NCBI GenBank assembly: GCA_040220235.1 | Contig: JAVJTO010000091.1 | From: Coleofasciculus sp. B1-GNL1-01 | GTDB taxonomy: Bacteria; Cyanobacteriota; Cyanobacteriia; Cyanobacteriales; Coleofasciculaceae | Strand: one strand, 5' to 3' | Length of the DNA stretch: 45,744 nt | Part shown: positions 1-9,281 of the stretch, piece after piece | How positions within the stretch are numbered: position 1 is the first letter of the stretch | How the letters are laid out: each line of letters starts with the position of its first letter | Program-made: the position numbers and the translations under genes | The notes under the pieces: model-generated | What the model saw: the letters and a program-made list of their open reading frames with translations, nothing else | What the model was told of the DNA's origin: nothing | Databases searched by the model: none

Positions 1-733
1 TTATCTGGCTCCGAAGATTCAGGGGATTAAAGATACGTTCCTGGATGTTAAAGCCAAACTCACCGATGAGACAACGGTGATTATTGAGATGCAAGTCCTG
101 AATTTAGCAGGGTTTGAGAAGCGGATCTTATATAACGCCGCCAAAGCCTATTCAATTCAATTGCAACCCGGAGAGGATTATACCTTATTGAATCCGGTGA
201 TAGCCTTGACGCTGACTGATTTTGAAATGTTTGAGGATTTACCTCAGGTGATTTCTAATTTTGTTCTCAAAGAAAAGAAGGTGTTAACGGATTACCTGAT
301 TAATGATTTGGAGTTAGTCTTTGTTGAATTACCTAAATTTACCAAAGAGTTAGATGAATTAGAAACCTTAGCCGATAAATGGATATACTTTATCAAATGT
401 GCTAGAGGATTAGAGACGATACCGGAAACAATGGCACAAGTCCCGGAAATTTGCAAGGCGTTTGAAGTGGCAAATCAAGCGAATCTGACTCGTGAAGAGT
501 TAGAAGCACTAGAACAGAGGGAAATGTATATTCATGACCAACGGAATGCGATAAAATTAGCCTTGAGACAAGGAGTTGAACAGGGAATGGAAAGGGGAAT
601 TCAAGTGGGACGAGAACAGGGGATTCAGGAATCTAAAGTAGAAATGGCTAGGAAAATGATTGGGGTTTTAGATGAACAGACAATTAGTCAAATCACAGGC
701 TTGAGTTTAGAAGAGGTACGACGGTTGAGATAG
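1..733 (+). CDS. Rpn-family PD-(D/E)XK nuclease / putative transposase (5' end outside window)
   Basis: Frame is open from base 2 (YLAPKIQGIKDTFLDVKAKLTDETTVIIEMQ). It shows the D-V-K...IIEMQ core, ELPKF and KWIYF motifs, a G-x-E-Q-G repeat tail and a C-terminal ITGLSLEEV. Confidence 0.85.
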   Translation, partial: YLAPKIQGIKDTFLDVKAKLTDETTVIIEMQVLNLAGFEKRILYNAAKAYSIQLQPGEDYTLLNPVIALTLTDFEMFEDLPQVISNFVLKEKKVLTDYLINDLELVFVELPKFTKELDELETLADKWIYFIKCARGLETIPETMAQVPEICKAFEVANQANLTREELEALEQREMYIHDQRNAIKLALRQGVEQGMERGIQVGREQGIQESKVEMARKMIGVLDEQTISQITGLSLEEVRRLR

Positions 734-751
734 AAATTGTCATTAGTGAAT

Positions 752-1110
752 GCGATCGCGTGTTTATTCATGGTATACTTTTCATCGTGGGAAAATGTGC
801 CTACCTATAGACCCCCATCAACCGTAAGCCGTAGGGTGGGTTAGGCGGTATTCAATTAAGAGAACAAATCATTTAATTATCTAGGAGCCGTAACCCACCA
901 AGTTATCGTTTCTAACCAGTGAACAAAAGATTCGGGCTTTTTCGATTACATTAAAGGATGTACCCTAACAATAGTGCAGCGAGGAGCCCTTACATTACCT
1001 ACATTATCAAATGCACCTGACGGATGCAGCAAGCTCATGCGATCGCTAGGCGTTGATCCAGATTATTTGTGATAACATAAATGACACAGATTGATGTTTT
1101 CAGCGATCGC
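752..1110. repeat. Array-1 spacer copy 1 (HIP1-bounded, middle replaced by a REP-containing insert)
   Basis: Starts GCGATCGCGTGTTTATTCATGGTATACTTTTCATCGTGGGAAAATGTGCCTACCTATA. HIP1 at 752, 1039 and 1103. The GTTGATCCAGATT...ATGACACAGATTGA block is shared with the other copies. Confidence 0.85.
831..899. repeat. GTAG-type REP-like inverted repeat
   Basis: Imperfect stem GTAGGGTGGGTTAGGCGG ... CCGTAACCCACC. Confidence 0.6.
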
Positions 1111-1147
1111 ACGATTCTCTCTTAGGCATTCCTCGTGTATCTGAGAG

Positions 1148-1582
1148 TCAACCTTCACTCGGCTCAAAAGGATTGACAATCCTCAGGTGTTCAGACACAA
1201 TCAACCCATTGTGCATATCTTCCGAGTAAAGCGTTTCTACTCCGGCTTCTAAAGCACAAGCAACAATTAAACTATCCCAGAAGGATAAATTGTAACTTTG
1301 GCGAAGCCGAGAGGCATTCATCAAAATCTGGCAATTAAACTCGATAACTTGACACTGGGTATAAAAATCTTGGATGAGCGGCTGAATTTCTGTCTCGCTC
1401 ATTAACGCTTTCTTAATTAAATTGACGCAAACTTCATTAATAACTTGAGTGCTAACAACGACGTTTTTATTCTCAATGAGAGAACGAGCAATTTTTTGCT
1501 TATTTGTTCCGGATTCAGTCTGGAAGAACGCATACAGCCAGATATTTGTATCAATAAAATACGTGCCGCTAGCCTCGTTCAT
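1148..1582 (-). CDS. PIN-domain (VapC-like) toxin
   Basis: PIN motifs FIDTNIWLY, QVINE, LSFWDSLIVACA and LYSEDM; overlaps a small upstream gene. Confidence 0.9.
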   Translation of the reverse strand: MNEASGTYFIDTNIWLYAFFQTESGTNKQKIARSLIENKNVVVSTQVINEVCVNLIKKALMSETEIQPLIQDFYTQCQVIEFNCQILMNASRLRQSYNLSFWDSLIVACALEAGVETLYSEDMHNGLIVSEHLRIVNPFEPSEG

Positions 1583-1787
1583 GCGCCTCCTCTCGGGTTA
1601 AAGGAACAAAAGTCTTAAGTGGAATTGGGTTATGGATTAGGTGGGCAATCATGCCGACTTCAGTAGTTCGGCTGTTTGAGATTATGGTAATCTTTACACA
1701 GTCAATATTTTGCAGGAGTCGCCGATAGGCTTCGGGGACTTCTATCTTACCATCCTGTACCTTGGCGGTAAATTCAAGGGTTGACAT
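1569..1787 (-). CDS. Putative antitoxin for the PIN toxin
   Basis: 72 aa, EFTAKVQDGKIEVP N-terminus and LTREEAHER C-terminus; overlaps the toxin start. Confidence 0.75.
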   Translation of the reverse strand: MSTLEFTAKVQDGKIEVPEAYRRLLQNIDCVKITIISNSRTTEVGMIAHLIHNPIPLKTFVPLTREEAHERG

Positions 1788-1874
1788 TGTTGGCTGCTAA
1801 TTTAACGGATATCTTATCCTTAATGGTACAGCACAAAGTAAAAGTGGACAGACTATTGAATATACCGAGAGGGC

Positions 1875-2368
1875 TTGGAGTTGCTCTGGAAACTTTGTTA
1901 CAACACATAAGACGCCGATTCAATCACACTCTCCAGACGACTCACGGTTAAATGACACAGATTGACGGCGATCGCGTAGTTAATTCATGGTATACTTTTC
2001 ACCATGGGAAAATGTGCCTGCCTATAAACTCGAAACTCGACACATAAGGTGGCAGACGAAGAGACAAAAAGAGCGATCGCACCGTTCGTAGTGAGCGCTC
2101 GTTTCGCTTGTGCACCGTACATCCTAGCTGGGCATTTCTAATCGGTTAGAGGAAAGATTGCGATCGCTCTTTTGTTGATCCAGATTCTTTGCTGTAACAC
2201 ATAAGACACCGACTGAATCGCATTCTGTGGTAGACTCACGGTTAAATGACGCTTTCTTGACACATAAAGATGTTTCAAGTCATCGCACCCAAGACACAAT
2301 TGTTGCGATATCGGGTAGGATTGAGCTGCTCATGGGGAAAATTGGGTTCTCAGTGAGTCTAAACTCGG
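1875..2368. repeat. Array-1 spacer copy 2 (with a duplicated middle block in front)
   Basis: HIP1 at 1968, 2073 and 2160. TTCATGGTATACTTTTC...GGGAAAATGTGCC block present. 2299-2347 is identical to 3383-3431. Confidence 0.85.
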
Positions 2369-2412
2369 TTATCTGTTTCTGTTATAATTTTTCCAAATCG
2401 GGAGAGTCCATT

Positions 2413-2655
2413 ATGCAAATCACAGCGATTAAACGCGGTCAAACGTTAGAATTTTCAGAACGTCTGGATATTCCTGAAGGTCAAGTCGTGAGAATTGAAA
2501 TTATTGATACTCTAATCAATCAGGATAAAGGCAAGTTTGGTGACAAGTTAGAGGAATTTAGGCTCAGGTATAGTATCGCTGAACTAGATATTGATGTTGA
2601 TGCTATTTTTGGCGATGTGCGCGATAAATCTCCTGGACGCGAGGTGAATTTGTGA
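2413..2655 (+). CDS. Putative antitoxin (80 aa; start re-called at ATG 2413)
   Basis: GGAGAG RBS at 2401 and TGTTATAAT at 2380-2388. MQITAIKRGQTLE...VRDKSPGREVNL; GTGA overlap with the PIN gene. The longer ORF from 2227 runs through repeat DNA. Confidence 0.75.
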   Translation: MQITAIKRGQTLEFSERLDIPEGQVVRIEIIDTLINQDKGKFGDKLEEFRLRYSIAELDIDVDAIFGDVRDKSPGREVNL

Positions 2656-3071
2656 CGCTTCGATTTTTGCTAGATAGTAATATAATATCTGAACCGATGA
2701 AGCCAAAGCCTAATGCCAGGGTTATGGCAAATTTATCCCGTTATACTGGAGAGATGTCAACAGCAACGATAGTCTGGCACGAACTGTTATTCGGTTTGAA
2801 TCGATTGCCACCATCAAGAAAGCGTCAAGCGTTAGAACAATATCTTCAGGAAGAAGTCAAAGCGAAATTACCTTTTTTACCTTACAACGAAGCCGCCGCC
2901 GAATGGCACGCCCACGAGAGATCGCGTTTGGTTAAACTGGGCAAAACCCCCTCGTTTGCAGATAGTCAAATTGCGGCAATTGCTAAGGTGAATCAGTTAA
3001 TTTTAGTGACTAATAATGTATCTGATTATGCTAATTTTAATGACTTGCCAATTGAAAATTGGTATTTATAA
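2652..3071 (+). CDS. VapC-family PIN toxin
   Basis: FLLDSNIISE, WHELLFG and ADSQIAAIA...LILVTNNVSDY motifs. Confidence 0.9.
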   Translation: MTLRFLLDSNIISEPMKPKPNARVMANLSRYTGEMSTATIVWHELLFGLNRLPPSRKRQALEQYLQEEVKAKLPFLPYNEAAAEWHAHERSRLVKLGKTPSFADSQIAAIAKVNQLILVTNNVSDYANFNDLPIENWYL

Positions 3072-3099
3072 AGCCTGGTTAATTTTTTCCTGCTGACCT

Positions 3100-3474
3100 G
3101 CGATCGCGTGTTTATTCATGGTATAATTTTTATCGTGGGAAAATGTGCATACCTATAAATTCGATACATAAGGTGGCAGACGGGGATAGGAAAAGAGCGA
3201 TCGCACATCCTGGCTGGGCATCTTGAATCGGTTAGAGGAAAGATTGCGATCGCTCGGTGTTGATCCAGATTCTTCGTGATAACACAGAGGACACCGATTT
3301 AATCACACTCTGCTGTAGACTCATGATTAAATGACACAGATTGACACACAAAGACGTTCAAGCGATCGCACCCAAGACTCGCATTGTTGCGATATCGGGT
3401 AGGATTGAGCTGCTCATGGGGAAAATTGGGTGATCAGGGAGTTTCAACTCGGGTGGATTGAGGAGTGCGATCGC
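3100..3474. repeat. Array-1 spacer copy 3 (most complete)
   Basis: HIP1 at 3100, 3197, 3246, 3362 and 3467; all conserved blocks present. Confidence 0.9.
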
Positions 3475-3522
3475 ATCGACGCGATAAAATGATAGAGGTG
3501 GATTGCTCAAGCGTGACGTTAA

Positions 3523-3723
3523 ATGAAACAAGTCGAACAGATTCAATCGGAAATTGAAGCGCTCTCCCAGGAGGATTTCCGGCGATTGAGAGAGTGGTTT
3601 GCTCAAAAAGATTGGGAAATCTGGGATCAGCAAATTGAGGCGGATAGTGCTAATGGTAAACTGGATTTTTTGCTGGAAGAGGCAATGACAGCCAAGTCTC
3701 AAGGAAAACTAGGAAACTTGTAA
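3523..3723 (+). CDS. Putative antitoxin (66 aa)
   Basis: Small acidic protein with WDQQIEAD..GKLD; abuts the toxin gene. Confidence 0.75.
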   Translation: MKQVEQIQSEIEALSQEDFRRLREWFAQKDWEIWDQQIEADSANGKLDFLLEEAMTAKSQGKLGNL

Positions 3724-3984
3724 GTGCATCATCGAACAACCCCGAAATTCTGGCAACGTTTTTACGCCTTACCAGAGACGGTTCAGCGTCAGGCAAGAAA
3801 AAGCTATGATTTACTTAAAGCTGATCCTAATCATCCATCTTTAAACTTCAAAAAGGTGGGAAAGTATTGGTCAGCAAGGATTGGATTAAGTTGTAGAGCT
3901 TTAGCCGTAGAAGATGGTTCTGACTTTATTTGGGTATGGATAGGAGATCATGATCAGTATGACAGACTGATTCATCGTAATTAG
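3724..3984 (+). CDS. RelE/ParE-superfamily toxin
   Basis: DPNHPSLNFKKV, WSARIG..RAL and WVWIGDHDQYD pattern typical of small RelE/ParE-like toxins. Confidence 0.8.
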   Translation: MHHRTTPKFWQRFYALPETVQRQARKSYDLLKADPNHPSLNFKKVGKYWSARIGLSCRALAVEDGSDFIWVWIGDHDQYDRLIHRN

Positions 3985-4014
3985 ATATTTGGCTTGTAGC
4001 TTTAAGGTAGAAGC

Positions 4015-4290
4015 GCGATCGCGTGTTTATTCATGGTATACTTTTCATCGTGGGAAAATGTGCCTGCCTATAAACTCGATCCATAATGTGGCAGACGGGG
4101 AGACAAAAAGAGCGATCGCGCCGTTCGTAGTGAGCGCTCGCTTCGCTTCCTATTGGTATCTCTAATAGCTTAGAGGAAAGATTGTCAGCGCTAGGAGTTG
4201 CTCTAGACTCTTTGTGATAACAAATAAAACACAGATTGAATCACATTCTGCTGTAGACTCACGCTTACATGGCACAGATTGACACAGAAA
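4015..4290. repeat. Array-1 spacer copy 4 (terminal)
   Basis: Same start as 752 and 3100. HIP1 at 4015 and 4112. CCGTTCGTAGTGAGCGCTCG is shared with copy 2. Confidence 0.85.
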
Positions 4291-4562
4291 ACCGTTTCAT
4301 ATCTGTCTCAATCGAATAATTTAATTATGTTCTCACACCTGTATCTGTCTGTGACATCAGTGGGGCTAACCTCTCACATCTCCACCCCTACCGTTTCGAT
4401 AAATCCGTGTAATCAGTGTTTCGTGCTGTGGCTACCGGAAAAATCCCCTGGACTGGAGTGGCAGACCGAATGTGATAGATTAATCCCGTAGGGGCACCAT
4501 CCTTGCGCCCTTACACGCAAAGCTTACTATGCCAAACTTACGTTTGATATGGAAATTCAAAT

Positions 4563-5894
4563 ATGGACAATCTATCGCCTGAAATTATTGAAAAAATTCG
4601 CCAGCAGTTTGAAAAGGCACCTTATCCGAGAGTTCCCCTCGATCAGTCTCCGAAAGATGACTTGAATGCTCTCTATATTCATAATCTAGTTACGTCTTAT
4701 TATTTAAGACACCAAAAAGTTATCGATACCCAAGGAAAAGTTATTCTGGATGCTGGCTGTGGCAGTGGTTACAAGGCTTTGATGTTGGCTGAAGCCAATC
4801 CTGGCGCTAAAATTGTTGGGATTGATATTTCTGAAGAATCGGTTAAGCTAGCGCGGAAACGGTTACAGCATCATGGATTTGAGAATGTCGAGTTCCATGT
4901 CCTGTCAATTTATGACTTAGCTAGTCTGGGGCAGGAATTTGACTATATTAACAATGATGAGGTGCTTTATCTGATTCCGGATATATTTGCGGCTCTCAAG
5001 GCGATGAAGTCAGTTCTAAAGCCCCAGGGAATTATTCGCACCAATCTACACAGTGCTATCCAGAGATCTGGCTATTTTCGCGCTCAAGAACTCTTTAAAA
5101 CGATGGGTTTGATGGATGGCAACCCAGAAGATATGGAAATAGAGGTTGCCATCGAAACGATGAAAGCACTGAAGAATGGTGTTGAACTCAAAGCCAGGGC
5201 TTGGAATCCAAGTTATGAAACCCCAGAAGGAAGAGCAGCACTCTTGTCTAATCATCTGCTGGTGGGTGATAAGGGATATACGATTCCGGAAATGTTTGCC
5301 GCTTTGAGAGAGGCAGATTTGGAATTTGTCAGTATGGTGTACTGGCGATATTGGGATGTCACGGACTTGTTTCAAGAACCGGATAACTTACCCGCTTTAT
5401 GGGCGATGAGTTTACCAGGAATTTCGTTAGAAGAACGGTTGCATCTTTATGAACTTCTCCATCCTATACATCGGTTGTTGGATTTCTGGTGCGCTCATCC
5501 CAGTCAAGCCGACTTGTTTGTTCCTGTTGAGCAGTGGGAGCAGTCGGATTGGGAAAAAGCCTGGGTTCATCTGCATCCTCAGTTGAAGGGTGCTAAGGTG
5601 CGGGAAGACTTGCTTAAGTGTATTACTGAGCAGAAGCCGTTTGTGATCAGTAATTATGTGACACTGCCAGCCTTGGCTCCTGTGGAGTTAGATAGTACAG
5701 TGGCAGCTTGTCTGCTACCTCTGTGGGATGGATCTGTGCTGGTTAAAGCTATTGTGGAACGCTGGCTGAAAATTAGACCGTTGGATCTAGTGACGTTGGC
5801 ACCTGTGAGTGAACAGACGGCGTTTGAGGAGGTTAAACAACTCTTAAGGAAGCTGGAAGTCTTTCTATATGTGATGTTGGAGCGATCGGTTTGA
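4563..5894 (+). CDS. Class I SAM-dependent methyltransferase, pilin-locus associated
   Basis: ILDAGCGSG motif I and IVGIDISE motif; directly upstream of the pilin gene. Confidence 0.85.
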   Translation: MDNLSPEIIEKIRQQFEKAPYPRVPLDQSPKDDLNALYIHNLVTSYYLRHQKVIDTQGKVILDAGCGSGYKALMLAEANPGAKIVGIDISEESVKLARKRLQHHGFENVEFHVLSIYDLASLGQEFDYINNDEVLYLIPDIFAALKAMKSVLKPQGIIRTNLHSAIQRSGYFRAQELFKTMGLMDGNPEDMEIEVAIETMKALKNGVELKARAWNPSYETPEGRAALLSNHLLVGDKGYTIPEMFAALREADLEFVSMVYWRYWDVTDLFQEPDNLPALWAMSLPGISLEERLHLYELLHPIHRLLDFWCAHPSQADLFVPVEQWEQSDWEKAWVHLHPQLKGAKVREDLLKCITEQKPFVISNYVTLPALAPVELDSTVAACLLPLWDGSVLVKAIVERWLKIRPLDLVTLAPVSEQTAFEEVKQLLRKLEVFLYVMLERSV

Positions 5895-5955
5895 GAGATA
5901 TTTCCAGCGTTGAGCAAAATTTTTCGGCGAGGGTGATAAGAAATGGATCGTAGAT

Positions 5956-5962
5956 GGGTAAG
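5956..5962 (+). promoter_or_regulatory. Candidate SigF-type promoter element GGGTAAG upstream of pilin
   Basis: Matches the GGGTAAG element described for SigF-dependent cyanobacterial pilA1 promoters; about 50 bp before the pilin ATG. Confidence 0.5.
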
Positions 5963-6013
5963 TTAGGTTCAGGAGTTAAAGTCGGACACCCCCACCCTAG
6001 AGAGGAACTATTC

Positions 6014-6610
6014 ATGAAGACTGAACTGAAAGCTAAGTTTATACAACACCTCAATCAAAAGAAGCAGGATCAGGGCTTCACGCTGATTGAACTGCTCGTT
6101 GTTATTATCATTATCGGTATTCTCTCTGCTATTGCGTTGCCATCCTTCTTGAACCAGGCTAACAAAGCGAAGGAGTCGGAAGCGAAGCAGTACACAGGTT
6201 CTATGAATCGCGCCCAGCAAGCCTACTACCTGGAGAAAGGTGACTTTGTCGGTGTAACGACTGATATCAGTAAATTAGGTCTTGGTATTGCAACCGAAAC
6301 CACAAACTATCGGTACATCATTGAAGGTAATACCGGTGCAAGCGACAATACTAAAGTTGCTAATATTGGCGCACCAATAAAGGGAGTAGATGCCACGGTT
6401 AGAGCATTTGTAGGAGGCGTACAAGTTGGAACCCAACAGGGTACAGGGGAAGCGACTACATTAGCCGTGTTGTGCCAAGCTAACAAAGCGCCAGTGGCTG
6501 CTAGTACTCCTGCGGATGTAACAGGAACAGTTGGTGCAATTGGTTTTATAGCGTCAGGAACGGCGGGTGCGCCAACATGCACTAGTAATTATGCGAATTT
6601 AGAGTCGTAA
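6014..6610 (+). CDS. pilA: Type IV major pilin (Pilin_GH-like); start at ATG 6014
   Basis: GAGGA RBS. MKTELKAKFIQHL leader, G|FTLIELLVVIIIIGILSAIALPSFL prepilin cleavage/methylation site, NRAQQAYYLE, C-terminal Cys pair. Confidence 0.92.
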   Translation: MKTELKAKFIQHLNQKKQDQGFTLIELLVVIIIIGILSAIALPSFLNQANKAKESEAKQYTGSMNRAQQAYYLEKGDFVGVTTDISKLGLGIATETTNYRYIIEGNTGASDNTKVANIGAPIKGVDATVRAFVGGVQVGTQQGTGEATTLAVLCQANKAPVAASTPADVTGTVGAIGFIASGTAGAPTCTSNYANLES

Positions 6611-6667
6611 GACAGAAATCTCTTAGTGATGGTGATTTTTGCCTGATTAGGTAAAATCCCCTTAGGG

Positions 6668-6693
6668 AGTGGGTAGAGTCTTCTACCCGCTTT
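6668..6693 (+). terminator. Stem-loop after pilA (terminator or mRNA stabiliser)
   Basis: AGTGGGTAGA-GTCT-TCTACCCGCT followed by TT. Confidence 0.55.
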
Positions 6694-6720
6694 GCTTGAT
6701 GTAATTCAAAGATTTACTTG

Positions 6721-6827
6721 TATAGCCTTACCAAGGCAGGTTAGGACATTCTTACATTTCCCTTTTGCCTGTTATCAGGTCATTACTGGGATTAACTGAT
6801 GTCCTAACGTGTCTGCGTAGTGCTATA
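6721..6827. mobile_element. MITE family A (107 bp, TATAGC...GCTATA ends)
   Basis: Ends TATAGC..GTTAGGACA / TGTCCTAAC..GCTATA. Same length and ends as 42806-42912. Confidence 0.7.
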
Positions 6828-6833
6828 ATTTTT

Positions 6834-6928
6834 TACAGCGGTTTTCAAGTTAGTTGACTATAGACCATGTTTTAGCTGAAAAGCAAGTGGATACAATTTT
6901 GTATTCCATAAACCTGAAAAGTGCTGTA
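6834..6928. mobile_element. MITE family B (95 bp, TACAGC...GCTGTA ends)
   Basis: TACAGCGGTTTTCA ... TGAAAAGTGCTGTA; a relative lies at 19135-19228. Confidence 0.6.
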
Positions 6929-6970
6929 ATTGGTACTTGCCACTGAAAGACTGAGTACGACACAACAATA

Positions 6971-9208
6971 ATGACTGAATCTTCTTCAACAGTTCTGGCT
7001 AACTGGCAGCAGCAAGCAGAGCAAAGTCTAATTAAAGGAGACTACAATAAGGCAGAAAGTCTGTACGAACAGCTTATTGAAGCAGAACCAGACATCCAAT
7101 CTCATTACTGGAATTTGGGTTTGATGTTGCTGTTGCAAGGGCAAGAAGCAGAAGCCCAGATCACTTGGCTATTAGCCCTAGGGGAGGGGGAGGCAGAACA
7201 AGTCGATTTGTGGACAATTGAACTGATTCAGGTTCTACAAACAGAAGCCGAACGACGGGAGGAGCTTACAGACTATGGGATGGCTTGGGCAATCCGTCAG
7301 CATATACGGGAAATTAGCCCTAGTGATATTAATAATCTGTTGCAGATTATTCAACTGTCTATCAAGCTTGAGACATTTACTGGAGAAGCCTTGACTTCCC
7401 TAGGAATAATTCAGCTCCTCCAATCGAAACAAGGCGTGGAGGTTAAACATGATTTATTGTTACAGGTATTGCAAAATACATTAAACTACGATCCGCTGGC
7501 TCCTTCAGTGTCTGAACTAGCAGAAGCTTGTCTGGCTTATATCAATGAGCCTAGTGAGTTTATTCAGGTAGTTCTGCCTGTCGCGGTGAGAATCGCTTAT
7601 TTTGTCAAGATACCTGATCTGGCAGCCCGCCTAGCTGAGTTATGTCTGCGTTTAGATGCTCACAGAATAGATGTTTTAGCACATCTGGCTTCATTTTATC
7701 AGAACGCTAATCAATATGATAAGGGGATAGAGACCGGGAAATTGTGCTTTTCTCTCGCCAAAACCTTGCCCCAGCAGATTTATTCAAGTCATCTAATTCT
7801 CCGAGGTTTGATGAGTTCGGGCGGACGTTGGCAAGAAGCCGTTTTGCTTTTCCAGCAGCATAAATCGCTCCTGTCGCTGTTGATTGAGGAAAAACCCCTG
7901 TCTGTTCCTTTTGGTGATACTTTGGGTTTGTTTAGTTCAATCTTTTTCTTGCCCTACTTTAAAGATGAACCCAAAAATAATCGCTTAATTCAGAATCAAG
8001 TTACTCAGCTTGCTCAAGCTAACATTGAAGTTTATGCCAAGGAATATGTAGAGCGATACCGCCAACGATCTGTCCCAAAACCCGTTGTTATTCCTTCTAC
8101 TCAACCGCTCAAGATTGGCTACTTGTCGCATTGCTTTAAAATGCATTCTGTAGGCTGGTTAGCTCGATGGGTATTTAAGTATCATGACCGCGACAAGTTT
8201 CAAGTCCATGCCTATATGATCAATAACAGTCAAAATAATGATCCGATAGAGCAATGGTATATCAACAACACATTAAAAGCCTACAAATTTGGAGTAAACA
8301 GCAAAGAAATTGCTGACCAAATTTATAAAGATGAAATTGATATCTTGATCGATCTTGATAGTATCACGCTAGATATTAGTTGTGAAGCAATGGCGCTTAA
8401 ACCTGCACCCGTTCAAGTCACTTGGTTGGGTTGGGATGCATCGGGACTTCCCTCAATTGATTATTTCATTGCCGATCCCTATATATTGCCAGATTCAGCT
8501 CAGGATTACTACACAGAGAAAATCTGGCGCTTGCCCCAAACTTATATAGCCATTGATGGGTTTGAGGTAGCTGTACCAGACATCCGGCGCGATCAGTTAG
8601 ATATTCCCAGTGATGCAGTGGTGTATCTTAGTAGTCAGAGGGGCTTCAAACGGCATCCAGATACAGCACGACTACAAATGAGAATTATTAAAGAGGTGTC
8701 GAATAGTTACTTTGTGGTTAAAGGTTATGGTGATAAGGAATCCATTAAAAACTTCTTTAAGCAGATTGCTGAAGAAGAAGGAGTGGATTGTGATCGCCTG
8801 CGGTTTTTACCAGACGTTAGTTTAGAAGTAACTCACCGAGCCAACTTAAGCATTGCTGATGTTGTACTTGATACCTATCCTTATAACGGGGCAACGACAA
8901 CTTTAGAAACACTCTGGATGTGCATTCCCTTAGTAACGCGAGTTGGACAACAATTTGCGGCGCGTAATAGCTATACGATGATGATGAATGCAGGTTTAAC
9001 TGAGGGAATCGCTTGGACTGATGAAGAGTATGTAGAGTGGGGTATCCGCTTGGGGAAAGACGAGACGTTACGGCAAAAAATTGCTTGGAAACTAAGGAAA
9101 TCAAGACATACAGCACCTTTATGGAATGCTCAGCAGTTTACCCGCGAGATGGAGAAAGCTTATGAGCAAATGTGGCAAAGGTATGTTGCAAGCAATAATT
9201 TGAGGTAA
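6971..9208 (+). CDS. SPINDLY/OGT-family (GT41) O-GlcNAc transferase with N-terminal TPR-like helices
   Basis: KIGYLS...HSVGWLARW, KPAPVQVTWLG and DVVLDTYPYNGATTTLETLWM motifs. Confidence 0.9.
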   Translation: MTESSSTVLANWQQQAEQSLIKGDYNKAESLYEQLIEAEPDIQSHYWNLGLMLLLQGQEAEAQITWLLALGEGEAEQVDLWTIELIQVLQTEAERREELTDYGMAWAIRQHIREISPSDINNLLQIIQLSIKLETFTGEALTSLGIIQLLQSKQGVEVKHDLLLQVLQNTLNYDPLAPSVSELAEACLAYINEPSEFIQVVLPVAVRIAYFVKIPDLAARLAELCLRLDAHRIDVLAHLASFYQNANQYDKGIETGKLCFSLAKTLPQQIYSSHLILRGLMSSGGRWQEAVLLFQQHKSLLSLLIEEKPLSVPFGDTLGLFSSIFFLPYFKDEPKNNRLIQNQVTQLAQANIEVYAKEYVERYRQRSVPKPVVIPSTQPLKIGYLSHCFKMHSVGWLARWVFKYHDRDKFQVHAYMINNSQNNDPIEQWYINNTLKAYKFGVNSKEIADQIYKDEIDILIDLDSITLDISCEAMALKPAPVQVTWLGWDASGLPSIDYFIADPYILPDSAQDYYTEKIWRLPQTYIAIDGFEVAVPDIRRDQLDIPSDAVVYLSSQRGFKRHPDTARLQMRIIKEVSNSYFVVKGYGDKESIKNFFKQIAEEEGVDCDRLRFLPDVSLEVTHRANLSIADVVLDTYPYNGATTTLETLWMCIPLVTRVGQQFAARNSYTMMMNAGLTEGIAWTDEEYVEWGIRLGKDETLRQKIAWKLRKSRHTAPLWNAQQFTREMEKAYEQMWQRYVASNNLR

Positions 9209-9281
9209 CTGGCAGGGAAAAAGGGAGATGAAATTCCAGCTTTCAATTTCTAGCTGAATGGCTTGCCTACTGCTGCTAAAG

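Noticed and set aside
505..600. Internal RpnS-type start in the first Rpn gene (ATG 524 or 588)
   Set aside because: The purine-rich stretches are explained by E/Q/G codons and RBS spacing is poor; support is too weak.
2227..2412. N-terminal extension of the antitoxin ORF; also ORFs 3358-3702, 4279-4491, 15324-15628, 16397-16800 and 18829-19152
   Set aside because: They run through repeat DNA whose copies do not keep the frame, or lie antisense to real genes.
752..4290. Classical integron with attC sites
   Set aside because: No tyrosine integrase in the window, and I could not find RYYYAAC...GTTRRRY-bounded hairpins. The spacers are longer than typical attC. Kept only as an analogy.
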